This document shows positions 62,366 through 64,000 of a stretch of DNA of 64,000 nucleotides, piece after piece. The translations under genes and the position numbers were made by a program. Origin of the DNA: an uncultured Mycoplasmatota bacterium (GTDB lineage Bacteria; Bacillota_I; Bacilli_A; RF39; UBA660); the NCBI GenBank assembly GCA_948465965.1, contig CAOJYR010000005.1, forward strand, positions 714 through 64,713, read 5' to 3'. The notes under the pieces were generated by a model. That model had not been told where the DNA came from and did no database searches. It saw only the letters and a program-made list of their open reading frames with translations. The stretch's first letter is position 1; every line of letters starts with the position of its first letter.

Positions 62366-64000
62366 ATATAGGACTCATATGTGTAGTGAGTTATGTGAAG
62401 ATTTAGTTGATAGTAAAGTAAGAGTAGCCGGTTTTGTTGAAAATATCAGAGACCATGGTGGAGTTATATTCGTTGATGTTCGTGATATGTCAGGTGTTAT
62501 TCAAGTTGTTAGTAATGATGACGCTATATTTGAAGGAATTACTCGCGAATCTAGTATCACTTTATTCGGTACTATTAGAAAAAGGGATGAAGAAGATTAT
62601 AATGGTCGTATTTCAACTGGTACGATTGAGTTATTAGTAGATAGCCTAGAGGTATTAGGTAAGGCTAATAACGTTTTACCTTTTGAAGTTATGACATCTA
62701 AAGAAGTAAGTGAAGATGTAAGATTGAAATATCGTTATTTAGATATGAGAAATCCTAAAGTAAAAGAAAATATTATTTTCAGAACGAAAGTAATTGATTA
62801 TTTAAGAAAAATTATGAAAGAAGAAGATTTCTTAGAGATGCAAACACCGATATTAACTGCATCGTCTCCAGAGGGAGCAAGGGATTTTATTGTACCTTCT
62901 CGTAAATTTCATGGAAAATTTTATGCCCTTCCTCAGGCTCCACAACAATTTAAACAATTACTAATGTGTGGAGGATTTGATAAGTATTTCCAAATTGCTC
63001 CTTGTTTTAGGGATGAAGATGCAAGAAGTGATAGAGTATATGGAGAGTTTTATCAATTAGATTTTGAAATGGCTTTTGCTGAAGAAGAAGATGTATTAAA
63101 AATTGGTGAAAAAATATTTAGAAATACATTCAAAGAATTTGGTAAAGGTAAAAAACTTAGTGATGAAGCATTTACTCGTTTAAGTTTTAAAGAATCGATG
63201 GAACGCTTTGGTACTGATAAACCTGATCTTAGAAATCCTCTTGAATTAGTAGATTTAACTGATGTATTTGAAGATACTACTTTTAGACCATTTAGAGGAG
63301 TTCAAGTAGAAGGTATTGTAGTAGAAAATATTGCGGATAAATCTAATTCTTGGTTTAATGATTTAGGCGATTATGCAAAAAGTATTGGAATGGCTGCTGG
63401 TATTGGATATTTTAAAGTAGCAGATGATATGAGCTTTGTTGGCCCAATTGATAAATTCTTATCTGATGAAGAAAGAGAGGATTTAATAGAAGTTGCAAAC
63501 TTAAAACCAGGAAGTGTTATTTTCTTTATTGCTGATAGAAAGAATGCTTATAAATATGCAGGGCTAATTCGTGATGAATTAGGGCGTAGGCTTGATTTAA
63601 TTGATAAAGATGAATTTAAATTCTGTATTGTTAAGGATTTTCCAATGTATGAATGGAGTGATGAAGAGGATGGATACATTTTCACACACAATCCATTTAG
63701 TATGCCACAAGGTGGAATGGAAGCTTTAGAATCTAAGAAGCCTGAAGATGTTTTAGCTTACCAATTTGATTTTGTATGTAACGGAATTGAAATGGCAAGT
63801 GGAGCTGTTCGTAACCATGATTTAGATATTATGAGAAAAGCCTTTGCTATTGCAGGATATGAAGAGGATGAAATTGAAAAAAGGTTTAATGCTTTATATG
63901 AAGCATTTAAGTATGGAGCTCCACCACATGCAGGAATGGCTCCTGGAATCGATAGAATGTTAATGATGCTATTAGATGAGAATTCTATTCGTGAGACTAT
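62352..64000 (+). CDS. aspS: Aspartate--tRNA ligase (5' part; runs off the window)
   Basis: ATG 62352 follows GAGAGGAG. MQENRYRTHMCSEL..., class II motifs FYALPQAPQQFKQLLM and FRDEDARSDRVYGEFYQLDFEMAF. Not in the ORF track because there is no stop within the window. Confidence 0.9.
   Translation, partial: MQENRYRTHMCSELCEDLVDSKVRVAGFVENIRDHGGVIFVDVRDMSGVIQVVSNDDAIFEGITRESSITLFGTIRKRDEEDYNGRISTGTIELLVDSLEVLGKANNVLPFEVMTSKEVSEDVRLKYRYLDMRNPKVKENIIFRTKVIDYLRKIMKEEDFLEMQTPILTASSPEGARDFIVPSRKFHGKFYALPQAPQQFKQLLMCGGFDKYFQIAPCFRDEDARSDRVYGEFYQLDFEMAFAEEEDVLKIGEKIFRNTFKEFGKGKKLSDEAFTRLSFKESMERFGTDKPDLRNPLELVDLTDVFEDTTFRPFRGVQVEGIVVENIADKSNSWFNDLGDYAKSIGMAAGIGYFKVADDMSFVGPIDKFLSDEEREDLIEVANLKPGSVIFFIADRKNAYKYAGLIRDELGRRLDLIDKDEFKFCIVKDFPMYEWSDEEDGYIFTHNPFSMPQGGMEALESKKPEDVLAYQFDFVCNGIEMASGAVRNHDLDIMRKAFAIAGYEEDEIEKRFNALYEAFKYGAPPHAGMAPGIDRMLMMLLDENSIRET

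Noticed and set aside
62434-62637. 67-aa ORF in the track downstream of gatB
   Set aside because: It lies out of frame inside aspS, whose frame (ATG 62352 onward) shows class II AspRS motifs and runs to the end of the window.
1-64000. CRISPR arrays, tRNA/rRNA genes, IS elements with terminal inverted repeats, and UGA recoding
   Set aside because: Reading through the intergenic regions showed no regularly spaced repeats, no tRNA-like cloverleaf regions and no transposase ORFs other than the Rpn-like gene. TGA is used as a stop in several ATGA overlaps, so the standard code applies.

Overview
Very AT-rich, low-GC Bacillota-type chromosomal segment. It uses the standard code (TGA is a stop, often in ATGA start/stop overlaps). 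Almost all genes are on the + strand and have strong GGAGG-type RBSs. All domain calls were made by eye from motifs; no searches were run. Layout: (i) 1-5.7 kb holds an acyl-CoA ligase, a HAD-PlsC fusion and a hybrid histidine kinase. (ii) 5.7-12.5 kb is an accessory islet with an Rpn/PD-(D/E)XK-like nuclease gene, followed by a WYL-regulator-led operon encoding a HAD phosphatase, a HAD-PRTase fusion and a PfkB kinase-SIS fusion. This is a candidate undescribed small-molecule or nucleotide-based system. (iii) 12.5-25.4 kb is a housekeeping block (tspO-like, rhomboid, ireB-ruvX-DUF1292-mltG-trmR-U32-U32 ... greA) syntenic with B. subtilis yrzL..greA but interrupted by accessory insertions. One insertion is an NlpC/P60 hydrolase whose N-terminus is a paralog of the T4SS pilin-like proteins found 23 kb away. 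Others are a tandem pair and a tandem triplet of unknown paralogs. (iv) 25.4-52.9 kb is the main candidate novel system: 24 co-directional ORFs joining a Tad/type IVc pilus module (CpaB, TadA, TadB, TadC, TadZ-like, an unannotated 56-aa pilin-like ORF, pseudopilin-like proteins) to a Gram-positive-type T4SS module (two VirB2-like proteins, VirB6-like, VirB3/PrgI-like, a split VirB4, a GH73+CHAP hydrolase, a lipoprotein and a VirD4 coupling protein). It also carries two non-canonical sortase-B-like proteins and several large secreted proteins, one of them a 915-aa protein with about 30 cysteines. I could not recognise a relaxase, integrase, replication gene or flanking att repeats. (v) 52.9-64 kb is housekeeping: rhodanese, DedA/TVP38, rmuC, trpS with an Fe-S-type Cys motif, a choloylglycine hydrolase, and a T-box (probable Asn specifier) controlling gatCAB-aspS. 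No rRNA, tRNA or CRISPR array was seen.
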